Shown here: piece after piece, positions 12,943-27,419 of the stretch
How the letters are laid out: every line of letters begins with the position of its first letter
Numbering within the stretch: the stretch's first letter is position 1
Origin: Octopus sinensis
Lineage: Eukaryota
Direction: 5' to 3'
Length of the DNA stretch: 43,403 nt
Assembly (NCBI RefSeq): GCF_006345805.1
Contig: NW_021835012.1
Coordinates: 1-43,403 of the forward strand
Program-made: the position numbers and the translations under genes
Notes under the pieces: model-generated
Database searches by the model: none
What the model was told of the DNA's origin: nothing
Seen by the model: only the letters and a program-made list of their open reading frames with translations

Positions 12943-14020
12943 GTCAGTATCCTTTGACTTATCATTTGAAGAGGTATATTCGGCGGATTTCTGCTTTAAT
13001 CACTCCATATAACCCCTCATAACTTTTTTGCTTAAATCCCATGTTTATGGGGAGAAAGATATGGGAAGATATCAATATTTTAGAGTGATAATGAAACGAG
13101 GAGGGTATCAGGTGGTCGTGAGATGTACTAAAAATAACAGCTGCATGGCCCTTAAATCGCACACACAGTTATATATATATATATCTTTGCTTTCTGCTTA
13201 GTTATATGAATTCCCGTGCGTAGAAAACAAATTCGCAAAATTTTTCTGACGATTCCCAAACAATAAAAAGAGTTATAAGGGATAATATGGGGTGCTTAAA
13301 GCAGAATTCTACCGTGTATATTCCATCTTCCTTTATATGTATTTTTTTTTAAAATTCAAATCTCTTTGCTGTTATTTGTGCGTTTAATATGCATATCGAA
13401 CATAATGTGTTTGGGTTACAAAAGAAAAAAAAAAAGCATAATTTTTCCATTTATTTTGCTCTGGTGTCTCGTTTCTTGTATGAAATTTTAAAACAAAACA
13501 AAAAAGAGAAAAACGTGTCTGTATGTGTGTGTGTTTTTCTTCTATAAGACTGCGAGAGGATGCGGAGGTTGTCGAACCTTTATATGTCATTCGGGGTTGT
13601 TTCGTTACGACCGTTTACCATTAATTCTGTTATTTAATAAAATATGAAGTATACCAGTAATATGCTATGTGTCCAACTCGGTCGACTATACATTAGTCTC
13701 TTCCACAATAAATTCTGTTGACGTTTTCGAAATCAATAAAGATAGGTGCTACGAGTGGTGTAACACTGGGGTCCCCATGGTCTTATCAACAACATCTCTT
13801 CCTATTTCATTGAGGGGTGGGGCCCAAGCGTACCTAATGACGGCTGGATAGTGTAGCTGAATATATCAAGTGCGTAACTAAACGCCATGCAGTATTTACC
13901 TCTACTTTAGTTCAGAGTTCAAATTCTGGAGGAGTCTATTTCGTTGTCAATCTCTTTTCTATCAACTCTGCTTCGTATTTACGCGTTCGATTGGGCCTTG
14001 TGCCAATATGCGCGCGCCCG

Positions 14021-14052
<32 letters not shown>

Positions 14053-14239
14053 ATGTGTGTGTGAGTGTTTATAAACACAAAGATATATGGACAAAAGTCC
14101 ATGTGTATATCTGTTTATTTTATGTTATTGTAAGAAAATATTTTAAATAAGTTTATCCGATTAAATCTGCAGTTTTGACACTCGAGGATCAGAAAATCAT
14201 AAAATATCAATTTTGATAACAAGCAATATAAACACACTC

Positions 14240-14278
<39 letters not shown>

Positions 14279-17257
14279 AGTATGTTTATATTATCTGTTA
14301 TACATACACACACACACATATGTATTGTATAAAACTTTATTGGAATTACGTATAAGGAATATTAAGAAAATAGCTTTGAAATTTGTCATCTTGGTGGTAA
14401 ACTCGTGTAATCAAGAATTACATATTACTTCGGATAAATTCAAATTTCCATCTTCATGTTATTCGGGGTGATTTTCGTGTATCAAAGGTTATATAATTAT
14501 AATTACGATAATATTTTGTGTTTTAAATATCTATCTTGTTTTCATACTTCTGAAATCATTTCTAAGTAAGCAAATTATTTGAGAAATATGGTCCATTTTT
14601 TAAAAAATGTACACCTTTGTAGATAAAGCTGTCTGTAAAAGTAGCAAGCTAGAGAGCGAACCTCTAAGTGGTTATTTGACCTGCCAGAAACAGCAGCCAA
14701 ATATCCACCAAATCACTTTACGATTTAATAGAAAACTGCTTGTAATTATTGAGTTGAGTTGCAGTGAAAAATAGCAGTAATAACATTAAAAAACAATACA
14801 CAGGACCCTCTGTGTGATCACTGGATCTGTTAAGAAATAATAGCTAAGCTTCTGCCAAAATACACCCTACTGTTTTATAAAAAAAACAGTGTTGGGAAAG
14901 ATAAATGGCCGATGTAGTTCCTGATATAAAAGAAAAGAAAAAGCTGGAGAGTCATGGTTAGATTGTCTTTAATCTATGTCTGCTCGATCGGTGTTGACTT
15001 TGGGCTGAATAACAACAGCGTATTTAAATGTATTTGTGTTCTGTAGACAGAAATACGAGAGAGTTTACACGTGGTGGATCTGATGTGTTTTGGTTTGTTG
15101 TGTGTGTGTGACTGGTTGTTTTGTTTTTAACTCCAGGTCATCCCAGATTCAGTCGACCTGTGAGCGAAGATATTATTCCAGCTGTGATCATCCAGTTTCC
15201 TCAGCGATGTCTAAAGACTACACTGCCTTATGTGTCCGTCCTTCATGATTCAATGTGAAATTTAATTGATATTTCTAACAGGTCGAGCGACCGTGTAGTT
15301 TATCTCTTATTTATTTACTATTAGGATTTTATGTGTCTTTTTCCATAAGACCTGACCTAGAGCTGAACAACAACTTATCTTTGTTGTTTAGCGTTAGGGA
15401 CATCTTACCCGAGAGGATCGAAGGAGTTTGGTTATTATTTCGAGCATTTACGGCAACTATTTTGGGTTTCTCCTCATGGCTTTTGTTTTATTGTGATTAT
15501 TATGTTTTGTTCATACTTATTATGTCTACAGAAGGGAATCTACTTACAGGAATACTGAGGCTTCCCACCCTCTACAGACTTTGTACACATTGTAATGAAT
15601 CATTCATTGATAGAAATCAATTTAATGTGATCCTTTTTCGTCCTCCCATCTTTATTCCATTCCCAGTCCCGCATCTATCCTTCTCTCTCTCTCTCTCCTT
15701 CTTGTCTCTGTTCAACCTACGGGACATTTCGGACACTTAGTCAGTCAGTTCTACCCAGTTTTTTTCTGCGACGTAGGCTGCCAATTGATATCCCACTTCA
15801 TGGTTATATCTATGCTGCTGTTTTATACTTTTTTTCTATCACTAGGTTGCATGAAGCATGACAGAATGGTTCTTGGTTCGATTTCTCTGCAATGCACTTG
15901 ACCCAGTGCATTTTACTATATAAATAACAACCGCGTGTTGACCCAAATTTTGTGAGTGAGTGAAATTGGGTTGACGGAAACTTAGAAGTCTGTTGATGAA
16001 TTGTATCTGTAATTGAAAAGTGCAGCCTCGTCACACACAGTCACGCTGGTCCTACCTGAGAATCTCGCTCAGGGTTTACGGAATACTCGGCCCGATTAAC
16101 ACGTTTCTGTTTATATTTATTTATTTATTCGTACAGTTCTCTGTTTGCCTTTTAGTCAGTATGAAAGACGTTACCCATGACCTTTTACTGGGCCTCTAAG
16201 ACTAGGGGGAAAGGGGGTTATCCCTAAGCTGGAGACTTTGCCCGAATGCTTTTGTAGCAGAGTGGACTCGAACATGTCAGCTGTTGGTAACGGTTCAAAA
16301 ACCTTTCCAAATACGTCCACAGCGGCATGACGGGATTTCTCAAGCAAACTGTTCTACAATCAAAGACGTCTCTTCTTTTTTCTTTATTTAAAACAACATT
16401 ATCCAGTCTGTCTTTTGATTTGGGTAGTTTGAAGAATATTCGGTTACCTTTTCCAGCAATCGCGTGACCCCTGTACAGTTTTTTTCGTCTCTTTCTCGAT
16501 GATATATAATCTCATTTGACCTGATCGATCAAAAATTTATACACCTATGATCAAAGGGCATTCTAGCTTTAACTACCCTTTTCATTTTTTCCCTTTCTTG
16601 TATTTCCCTTCCATAGAACTTTTCATTATTATTTCTTTATAGAAAGTTCCAATAGCCATTCAGTTTTCCTCGAACAACTTGCCAACTACTCGCCGTACCC
16701 CTCTGCATTTCTGAGAGTAACAGAGTCTGCGAGTGGTCTCCCATGACACACTTCCCATAGTGCAACGTAGCCGTGTCAGAAAGAGAGTCGGGGTGAGAAG
16801 AATCCATCCCAATATATAACTTGTAAAATTTATTTATCGACCCTGGGTTCGCTAAAAGGCGAAGTTGAACTTGCTGGAATTTGAACTCGGATCGCAGAGA
16901 ACCACAACAAAAAGTGCGAAGCATTCCCTCTGACGCTCTGACCACTTTGTCACTGTCGGCTTTAAGCGACTGCATTATCAAACGTGTCCTGTTTCCTTGT
17001 TTTGCTTTTCTATATTTTCTTAAAGACGTTAGTCTTGGTGCGATGTGAGACAAATTTTGTTGCTATTTCTAGCAGATCGGTCGACCACGCTGAGCCCTAC
17101 TCTTAACATGACTGGCTCACGGTTTTTGTGTTTTTTCTTAATTACCTGATGTGTTTCCACGCACTTGGCTGTCAGATTTAAAACTGTCATTGAACGAAGT
17201 GTGTGTGAAGGCGAAGGGATCTTGCCAGACAAATGAGAAGTCACTTCCTTGCATTAG

Positions 17258-18255
17258 TTTGTTTCAGTCCTTGGGCTGCGGCCATGCTGGAGCATCGCTT
17301 TGACGAGTTTGTAGTCGAACTAATCGACTATTTTAAAGCCTGGTACCTATTCTCTCGACCTCTTGCCGAACCGCTAACTTACTGTGATGTAAACAAACCG
17401 ACACCAGTTGTCAAGTGGTGGCGGATAAACACAAAGATAAGCGCGCGCTTACAATGGGCTTCTTTCAGTTTCCATCTTCCAAGTCCACTCACAAGGCTTT
17501 GGTCGACCCAGTGCTATAGTAGAAGACACTGGCTCAAGGTGTCACACTGTGACACTGAACCTGGACGGGCAGCAAACTTCTTACCCCCACAGCCCCGCCC
17601 CGCGTAATTCTCTAGAGGGGTTAAACCTATTCGAACCAACCTATAATTAAAAGGCTTTCCTGTCGTGGCCATCTTGTTGTATATCTAGAACAACTATATC
17701 CAACGTGTTTTTCATCAAAAACAGTAGTGTAGAATTTCATGAGGATTTGGCTGTGATTTCTAGCCGAACGAGCGAATGGTGACTTTCATGTGGCGTTGTT
17801 TGTTTTTTTAGCATCAGTCATTTCTGATCGTTCACACCTATGGTCAATGATTTTCCAACTGTGACCATCTCACCTTTATGTTATGGGTACTGGCTGTCTG
17901 GTAAAACGTTTGCCTCCTAACCACACGGTTCGAAGTTCAGTCTCACCGTGTGGTACCATGGGAAAGTGCCTTCTACTAATAGCCCTGGTCGACCAAAACC
18001 TTGTGAGTCGATTTGGTGGACGGAAACTAAAAGAAGCCCATCGTATGGTTATGTGTGTATATGCATTTATATGTATATATGCATGCGTATATATATAAAT
18101 GCATGTGTATATGCATTTACTTATATATGCATTTATATGTATATGTGTATACGCATGAACGAAACGTGCTTTACTCAACAAACTAATTGACTGTGCCCAT
18201 TTGTCCCCCAAAATTACATATGTATGTGTGTCCCACCACCATTTGACAACTGGTG
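17258..18255. mobile_element. Divergently oriented SINE-A pair (- ~17258..17604; + ~17886..18255)
   Basis: Both match family A head and body motifs. Confidence 0.8.
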
Positions 18256-20039
18256 GGGGTTCCTTGATTTACGGGTAAATGGTGAAAAGGAATAATATAT
18301 CTAGGAATTACACGATCCACAACATCCTTGATTTCGAAGAGGGTGGAGAGTCTGATAAGAGGGATTTTGCTTCAGCGCTCCCTCGTTGATTCTCGTTTAA
18401 TACTTCCCAGTACGTGCCACGCATGAAGGTGCTTGGTCATTTTAGCAGTAAAACTTGTCTTCCTCGGTGGATTTTCGTGATGTTACGACGTCGAATAACA
18501 TTTCATTTCTTCTATTGTGTCTGCTCCAGGCGTTTTCAGTCATGTTTTGCTCGAGTACTTTACCATTTGTATAAAATCCATTTGTATTTCAATTCATAGT
18601 CTTATAGTCGTCTCTGAAATCATGCGTGCATATGTACGCTCGCGCGACACACACACACGTGTGTGTGTACATACATCAGATACCGAGTTCATTAAAATTA
18701 AAGCGAATCAGATCCAAAACAGGATAAACGGCTATTTATACACTCTTTTTCGTGCTTGTATGTGTGAATGTATGTATATATACACACACACATTTGTATC
18801 TTTATGTGAGTATATAAAATATACACGGGTATAGATGTAGTTATGCATGTACATATATATGGGTATATATAGATACATATGTGTGTGTGTGTGTGCGTAC
18901 ATCAGAATATCACTGGATCGACCAGATTATCGGATATTATACACGTGTTCATACATGGATGTGTGACCATATGTGTGTGTAGACATTTATTCTTGGTGTT
19001 TGATGTGCGCTGCAAATCCTCCACTGCCTCGCCATATTAATTATATTTTATTATGACAAATGAATTTTCTATTCCTTGTTCTGAGATATTATAGCAGTTG
19101 TTGCATTCCCTACACATCTAGTTGTATCGTTAACATAGTACTAGGCGGACAGTGAGATCGAATAGTGAGAAGATTACTAGAATGTTTTTTTAAATGATAA
19201 AAATCAGGCCCGTAGAGCGAGCAGTGATTTCCTGTATTCTTCAAGTTCTAAATATTAAGTCTGTTATTGTAGTATCACGATATTATCTAGTCGTAATTTG
19301 TTTCGAAACCATATAATTATTCTGCTCAGCACGCCAAATCCAGTACACCAGTACCCCATCTTGCGACTATATCCAGAATAACACGACTGGTTTGAGTGTG
19401 TGTTTATTTATGGTGAGAAGCCTTGCTTTTCATAAGTGGTTTGACACGAAATGTTAAGGTCCTTACGTCACTTTCATAGCTTCTTGATTGTAATGAAATT
19501 GATATATTTTCCGAAGTGTGCTTGCCAAGCAATTGATCTAATCCGAGACCATGTGCTGAAAGTAAAACAATTACAGCGTGGAAGACATTATTAACCGTTC
19601 AATAACTTCACTAAAACACATTATTTGATGTCAAAATTTTCGTCGCTCTGCGATACGGTTCTACTGCACCTCTGCATTTAGTTTAGTTTTTTTTTCTCTT
19701 TCGTGCTAGATATCTTCTGTCTGGTTGTCTGTCTCGGATACACACACACACACACACAGAGGTTACATTGAGAGATAGATGTGTCATTTGGAATATGTCT
19801 GATCTTTTTGTGCCCTGTGAATTAAACTCGTAAAAAACTACAATTATAGCCGAGACGAATGCTTAATATTTCTTGAAAAGTTCTATGGAAAAAAAAAAAA
19901 CACGATTTACAAGATATGGACTTTCATTACGAAAGTTCTTGGCTTTTACATCTAACCCGTGGTCCATTTAACACGTGTGTTTCGCTTTACGTTGCTACTC
20001 TGTGGTGGTTGATGTGGGTGAGACACAATCGTCTAGGTG

Positions 20040-20285
20040 TAAGCTATGTGGTAAGGAACTTGCTTCCCAATCATGCGGTTTTGGTTTCAGTTCCACTGCG
20101 TGGAACTTTGGGTAAGTGTACTCTGTTGTAGTGACTGACCAACCCAAGTCTTGTCAGTGGATCTGATAGATAGAAACTGAAAGAAGCCCGTCGTATGTGT
20201 GTGCGTATCTTCATGCTTCCATACTTGACAACCGGTTTTGGTTTCTTTACGCCACTATGATTGAAACAAGAAACGATAAAAGATA
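20040..20285 (+). mobile_element. SINE-A copy with internal deletion
   Basis: gtggtaaggaacttgcttccc..ccactgcgtgg..gaaactgaaagaagcccgtcgt..cttgacaaccgg..ttgaaacaag. Confidence 0.75.
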
Positions 20286-20497
20286 TAAAGGAAAATATGG
20301 ATCATTACACGTGTATGTATGTGTGTGTTGAAAAACATCCCAGCTGCTAGAAATAGCAGGTTTGATATCCTTTAAGACACGTTAGGTATTGCATTCCTCG
20401 ATATTCGCAAAGATGGGATAATTCACAGCGGGAGCTCTTTTGGTCATTGGTCGGCTTGCTTAGGTCTAACCTGAACGACAAAGGTCACACATGTACA

Positions 20498-20634
20498 CAA
20501 TTACAAACATTCACACAAACACCAAGTGATGTGTATGTGTGTATATATACATATGTATATGTGTGTGTATATATGTGTATGTGAGTTTGTAAATGTATGT
20601 GTTTGTATATATGTGAATATGCATATATATATAT

Positions 20635-20669
<35 letters not shown>

Positions 20670-20794
20670 GCATATTCACATATATACAAACACATACATT
20701 TACAAACTCACATACACATATATACACACACATATACATATGTATATATACACACATACACATCACTTGGTGTTTGTGTGAATGTTTGTAATTG
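20498..20794. repeat. Near-perfect 297-bp palindrome centred on (AT)n
   Basis: Arms caattacaaacattcacacaaacaccaagtgatg... and ...catcacttggtgtttgtgtgaatgtttgtaattg are reverse complements. The ORF track gives near-identical peptides on both strands. Confidence 0.95.
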
Positions 20795-21287
20795 GATATA
20801 TATGGATTTTTGTGTCTATATGTTTATATTCGTACATTTATGCGTATATATATATAGCATGGTTTGTACATAAGAGTGCTAATAGTTAAAAGAACCCTAG
20901 ATTTATAGGGAACTAGAAATTATATATGCTTGTTCTATTAAATTCTCACATAAAACGCGCACGTTTGAATGACTATGTGGTGCAAATACTCATAAAAGTT
21001 GTGTAAGAAAGTAAGCTGACGATCTACCCATCTAACTTTTATGTGTAAGAGGGGAGTTGTGTATGTATTGATGAGAGAATACAACAGTGCAATTCAATTC
21101 GCTTGACATAATAGCCAAATTCCCTTCAGATCATACGCTGTTCCCACGGACATGGGTTCATTATGACTGGGACAAAGCTGGGATGGTCACAGATAGAATG
21201 CTTTTGATCATTCTTATGTATGCTGTTTGTGTGTTGTTGATGTAATGTTTAGCTTTGATGTTCTGGTGTTATCTTTCCCGCCTTGGG

Positions 21288-22055
21288 GCCTGGCTGTATG
21301 GTAAGAAGATCTGCATCCCAACCACTTGGTTCCAGGTTCAGTCCCACTGCTTTACGCTTAGGACAACTATCTTCTACTTTGGCCCTGGACTGACCAAAAG
21401 CTCGTGGGTGGATTTGGTGAACTGAAACTGAAAGAAGCCCATTGTGTGTGTGTGTGTGTGTGTGTTTGTCCCCCATCGCTGCTTGACAACAGGTGTTGGT
21501 TTTTTAAAAAATTTCTTTTACTTGTTTCGGTCATCTGACTGCGGCCATGCTGGAGCACTGCCTTTAGTCGAACATATCGATCCCAGAATTTATTCTTTGT
21601 AAGCCTAGTACTTATACTATCGGTCTGTTTTTACCGAACCGCTAAGTTACGGGGACGTAAACACACCAGCATCAGTTGTCAACCGATGGTGGGCGCGCGC
21701 ACTCACACACACACAACACACACACACACATACGACAGGCTTCTTTCAATTTCCATCTACCAAATCCACTCACAAGTCTTTGGTCGGTCCGAAGGTGTAT
21801 TAGAAGACACTTGCCCAAGTTACCACGCAGTGGGACTGAACCCAGAACCATGTGGCTGGTAAGCAAACTACTTACCACACAGCCACGCCTGCATCTGTTT
21901 ACATTTCTGTAAATTAGCAGTTCAGCAATAGAGACCAATAAAATAAATACCAGGTTTTAAAATAAGCTCTGGAGTTGATTTGTTTGAGTAAACTGCTCAA
22001 GGTGTTGCCTCAGTCTTGTTACAGTTCAATGGCTGAAACATGTAGACAATAAAAA
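21288..22055. mobile_element. Old + strand SINE-A interrupted by a younger - strand SINE-A (~21517..21892)
   Basis: The + copy stops at aggtgttggtt (~21500) and resumes at gtttacatttctgtaaattagcagttcagc (~21897), contiguous in the consensus. Confidence 0.8.
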
Positions 22056-22066
22056 GGGTGGTTTAA

Positions 22067-22266
22067 CCCTTTAGCATTGAGATCGTTCAGTTAATTCACA
22101 TTGCTTTGAATTATGCATTATCTCATAGCTTTGGGATTTCAATGATGTGGTTGTTTACGTTTAGAATGACATTGTAGGGTAGGTGTGACAGGCTGGATCT
22201 GGCCACTTTCAGTACAAAACAGGTAGAATATTTGGACCAGATATGGCTAGTTTGAATGGGAAAGGG
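22067..22266. mobile_element. piggyBac-like MITE 1
   Basis: TTAA|CCCTTTAGCATT ... AATGGGAAAGGG|TTAA: TTAA TSD with CCC/GGG termini. Confidence 0.8.
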
Positions 22267-22454
22267 TTAATTAAATTATGGGAATTAAAGTTACATTGTT
22301 TTTTCACTTGCAATCAAATCCTGGTACTGTAAAATGTTCCTCATTTTTGGTCCTGGATTCTACAGAGCTCATTCATGCATGCATGCATGTGTGTATGCAC
22401 AAGAGTGTGTGCTTGCATGAGGTCATATCAGGCCAAAATGAACAATGTATTTAA

Positions 22455-22672
22455 CCCTTTCGTTACTGTATTTGTTTTGAGATGCTCTGTGTTTCTTTCA
22501 ATTACTTTCAATATAACAAAGAATTTAGTAAAATAACTTAGTTATCATTCAGCTAGTGTTAGGAACATAAATTGTGACTACGGTTTGATGGAAGATTTTA
22601 ATTCAAAACTTATGAAAACAAGGCATTTGTACTCAGAGGGAGCCGGTTTCAGCCTAGTTGGTAATGAAAGGG
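22455..22672. mobile_element. piggyBac-like MITE 2
   Basis: TTAA|CCCTTTCGTTAC ... GTAATGAAAGGG|TTAA. Confidence 0.85.
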
Positions 22673-22757
22673 TTAAACAACAGATGCAGGCCAAACGAAG
22701 AATTAATGGTCAAATTGAGAGGATAAACCAGTTAATTATTCATGCAAAAAACATTAA

Positions 22758-22972
22758 CCCTATCGTTACCATATTTCTATTGAAATATACCAACTTTAAT
22801 TCAATTAATTTGAAAAATAATGAAAATTCTACTCAACTGACATTATTAAACTGTGTTTGGACCAAAAATTAACCTGAAATTTTGGTGGAAGATTTTAACT
22901 TAGATTAATTTAAAACCAGAGGTTCATATCAGAGAACGAAGGATGGCTTCAGGTGGGTTTGTATCAATAGGG
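22758..22972. mobile_element. piggyBac-like MITE 3 (related to MITE 2)
   Basis: TTAA|CCCTATCGTTAC ... GTATCAATAGGG|TGAA; shares the internal tggaagattttaa motif with MITE 2. Confidence 0.75.
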
Positions 22973-23449
22973 TGAAATGGTTAAATAAATATTTTGTTAA
23001 AATACTTGAGTTTTTTTTTAATCCTTTTCATTTAAACTTCCAAAACATTAAACCTTTGTTACTCTTAAAAACATGATGTATGCTACACACGTGCATACAG
23101 GTAATATACGCATGAAGGTTATACACGCATAAATCATGTGTATTTAGCAAAAGTATTGAGGAATTTCAAATGAAGCTTATATTTCACATCTAATCTGGGC
23201 CTTTTACTTGCTTGATGCAAGCCTGCATGAATGTGCAGGATTGTGTGTTATCATATATATTTGTGAAGTGCATCCCATCACCAGACTTTGGCACCTGGGT
23301 TGCTTCAGAATATTCTGGGTGGGCATTAATTTGTAATAATGGCAAAGTGGAGTTTTGAAATAAATGTATCATTGAATAGTGAGGGGGAAGTGCCAGTCAG
23401 TGTACACCCTTAGCGACAGGCATGGGTGTGTGTGTTTGTGTGTGTCCTT

Positions 23450-23695
23450 GTCTTAGCATCACATGATAGTTGTAAATGAGTGTCACTGTCATACAAGAGG
23501 TGTCATTCATTTCCGATATTGTGTGAAAACACACCTGGAAAATGGGAAAAGTATTACCTTGCATGGAAAAGAGTAAGGTTTGGTGACATGACAGAAAAGG
23601 GCACCAAAGGGAGAAAACCTACCTCAATAAAATTCTGTCCAACTCTTTGCAAGCATGGAAAAGTTGAAATTAACACAATAATGATGGTGATTACT
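23450..23695 (+). mobile_element. Retroposon remnant with tail ...gcatggaaaa...ttaa..atgatg; related tails ~24280-24315(-), 24740-24785(+), 26120-26360(-)
   Basis: Recurring (ccatgc)cagcatggaaaacggacgttaaac-type 3' tail. Confidence 0.55.
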
Positions 23696-24242
23696 TGACT
23701 GCATTCTAGTTGTTGGCTGCTTGACTGCATTCTAGGCCCCCCGATTTCTTTATCAGTAGCTGTTATAATGAGGATCAGCCCCATGATTTGAAACCTCCAA
23801 AATAGTTAATGATCATTCCCTAGATGCATAGCAAGTTAGGGTAGTAATCTAGAGCTGCATGTATGAGGGAAAGAGAGATTTCTAGTGGACAAGTCTACCT
23901 TAACTTGGTGCTGTACTACTTTGAGATTTTAGTAAAAATGTTTCTGTCCTTTGTTGTTTGTAAAAATGCCATCTCTCTCCCTCACACACACACACACCAC
24001 ACACACACACACACATACATACACATATGCACTTTACTTTTCTTTGGCTTGTTTTAATCATTACTCTGTGGCTATGCTGGGGCACTGCTTTTAAGAGGGG
24101 ATTAGTTGAATGAGTCAATCACAGTACATTGTACATTTTTCTTATGTATCCTATATATTTATGTGTGTGTGTGTGTATATAATATACACATGTATATAAA
24201 ATAGAAAAATGGGACAAGAATGCAAAACATCCAGACTGTTAG

Positions 24243-24282
<40 letters not shown>

Positions 24283-24334
24283 CATCATCATCATTCAACG
24301 TCTGTTTTTCATGCTCGCACTGGTTACACACATG

Positions 24335-24406
<72 letters not shown>

Positions 24407-24478
24407 TATTTATATATTCATGCATATATATAGTACTTATGGTACTTATATAAATATATACACACACACACACATATA

Positions 24479-24534
<56 letters not shown>

Positions 24535-24785
24535 CGTGGGTGGGGGAGTGCACATATATTTTGTTTGCCTAACGATTCTGAATTGTTTTATTCACTAAAA
24601 GTGCAGTCTTTGAGTTCTTTTAGTGTAAGTAGCTGAATATTGGTGGTTTCGAAGTTGTCACCTAGAATACATATGTACATACGTATATGTGTGTGTGTGT
24701 GTGAGTGAATATATCGAAATGTATAAAAATCCAGTCAAACCGTTCAACCCATGCCAGCATGGAAAACGGACGTTAAACAATGTTA

Positions 24786-24943
24786 GTGATATATATATAT
24801 ATGTGTGTGTGTATATATGTATATATATATATATGCTATATGTATATGTATATATATATGTGTGTATATATATGTATCTATATATATGAGTATATATATA
24901 TATATATATATATAATGTATATGTGTATATATATGTATATGTA

Positions 24944-24975
<32 letters not shown>

Positions 24976-25015
24976 ATGTATATATATATATATATAATGT
25001 ATATGTGTATGTATA

Positions 25016-25083
<68 letters not shown>

Positions 25084-25211
25084 GTATATGTGTATGTATA
25101 TGTATGTGTGTGTGTATATATAGATATATATATAATGTATATGTGTATGTATATGTATGTATGTGTGTGTATATATATATGTATATATATAATGCATATG
25201 TGTATATATAT

Positions 25212-25254
<43 letters not shown>

Positions 25255-26002
25255 TATATAACAAAACTATAATGTGATAAAAGAAATAATCTTTCTTCCC
25301 CAACATGTGGTTTTTGGTTTGGTTCCACTGCACATAGTTTCTTGAATGAGAGTTTGGCACCATGGTGACCAAAGTCTTGTGAGTAATGGAAACTGAAGGA
25401 AGCCTATTCTATGCATGTGTATGTATGTATGTATATGTATGTGTTAGCATGTGTTCTTGTCTAGATGCTGTTCCAGCAAGTTGCAGATGTATATATAATA
25501 TACACATATGCATTTATATATATATATAATATAATATATATATATATATATTGCATATATATATATGTACATACATATGTCACATATATATATATATATG
25601 TATATGTATGTTATATATATATAGTATAAATATATATATATATTATATGCATATATATATGTACATACATATGTCACATATATATATATGTATATGTATG
25701 TATATACATATATATATTATATATGTATAATATATATATATATATATATATATATGCATATATATATATATGTACATACATATGTCACATATATATATAT
25801 ATATGTATATGTAGTATATACATATATATATATGTATAAATATATTTATATATATTTATATCTATATTTATATGTATATATACATATATGTATAAGTATA
25901 TTTATATATATTTATATCTATATTTATATACATATATGTATGTTATATATATATATGTATCTATATGTATATATGTACGTATCTATATCTGTACATACAC
26001 AT

Positions 26003-26059
<57 letters not shown>

Positions 26060-26088
26060 ATATATAATATATATATATACACATATAT

Positions 26089-26120
<32 letters not shown>
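24786..26120. repeat. Large compound (AT)n/(GT)n microsatellite fields with a short SINE-A remnant (~25295..25410)
   Basis: Directly visible. Confidence 0.9.
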
Positions 26121-26122
<2 letters not shown>

Positions 26123-26604
26123 CATGGTTGTGATGTATACCTTTCCATGCTCACATTAGTCAGATGGAGTTGAAGTACATTTTTCTACAGCTGTATGCCC
26201 TTCTTATTGTCAACCCTCATCATTCCAAGTGAGGAAGCATTTCCTTTTGACCAGAAATGTATTAATGGATGTTTGGAAATGAAAGCGACCACATGATTGT
26301 CAATGATAATTGTTAACAACTATCACAGAAAGGCAAAGAAGGGAGACAGTAGGAAACGCACACACATGTACATATACAATAGGCTTCTTTCAGTTTCCTT
26401 AGTACCAAAGCTATGGTTGGATTTGCAATTACACATGTATGTATGTTACAGGTGGAGGCATCTTTTTGACTGATATACACTCACATACTTTCAGGTTTAG
26501 TGTCCCACTGCATGGCATCTTGTACATATGTGTGCCACTATAGCTTCAAGCGAACCAGTCTTGTTAATGAAATTCTAGATATGTGGAAACTTGTCGTATA
26601 TATG

Positions 26605-26651
<47 letters not shown>

Positions 26652-26814
26652 AAGTCTATCTGTATTTTTGTTTGTTCTTCACATTGCTCGACAGTTGGAG
26701 ATGGTTTGTTTACATTCCTATACTAGTAGCAGCTTGGTGTCTGATGATTGAAATAAGTAAAAAGATAATATATATGTTTACAATATATATGTACGTGTGT
26801 CTTTATAAATATAT

Positions 26815-27220
26815 GTGGCTGTGCGGTAAGAAGCTTGTTTCCTGACCACATGGTTCTGGGTTCAGTCCCATTGCGTGGCACCTTGAGCAAGTATCTTCTA
26901 CTATAGCCTCAGGCTGACCAAAGCTTTGTCAGTGGATTTGGTAGATGGAAACTGAAAAAAAAAGCCCCTCATATATATATGTGTGTGTGTGTGTGTTTAT
27001 GTGTGTCTTTGTGTCTGTATTTGTTCCCCCCACCATCGCTTGATGGCTGATGCCGGTGTGTTTATGTCTCTGTAACCTAGTGGTTCAGCAAAAGCAACTG
27101 ATAGAATAAGTACTAGGCTTACAAAGAATAAGTCCTCTGGTCAATTTCTTCAACTAAAACCCCTTTGAGGCTGTGCTCCAGCATGGCCACAGTCAAATGA
27201 CTGAAGCAAGTGAAAGAATA
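26815..27220 (+). mobile_element. Full SINE-A copy, CpG-decayed
   Basis: A box tggctgtgcgg, B box ggttcagtccc, tail cagtcaaatgactgaagcaag; several consensus CpG read TpG/CpA. Confidence 0.88.
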
Positions 27221-27419
27221 TATATGTATACACACACACACACACATCATTAAGTATGTGTACATATATTCTTGTATTCTTTTATGTGTTTCAGCCTAAA
27301 GATTGTGGCCATGTTGGGGCACTCCTTGTATATTATATTATATTATATTATATTATATTATATTATTATATTATATTATATTATATTATGTTATATTATA
27401 TTATGTTATATTATATATA

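Noticed and set aside
12943-12957. ORF extension VSIL* after GWK
   Set aside because: Read-through into the intron past the conserved GT donor.
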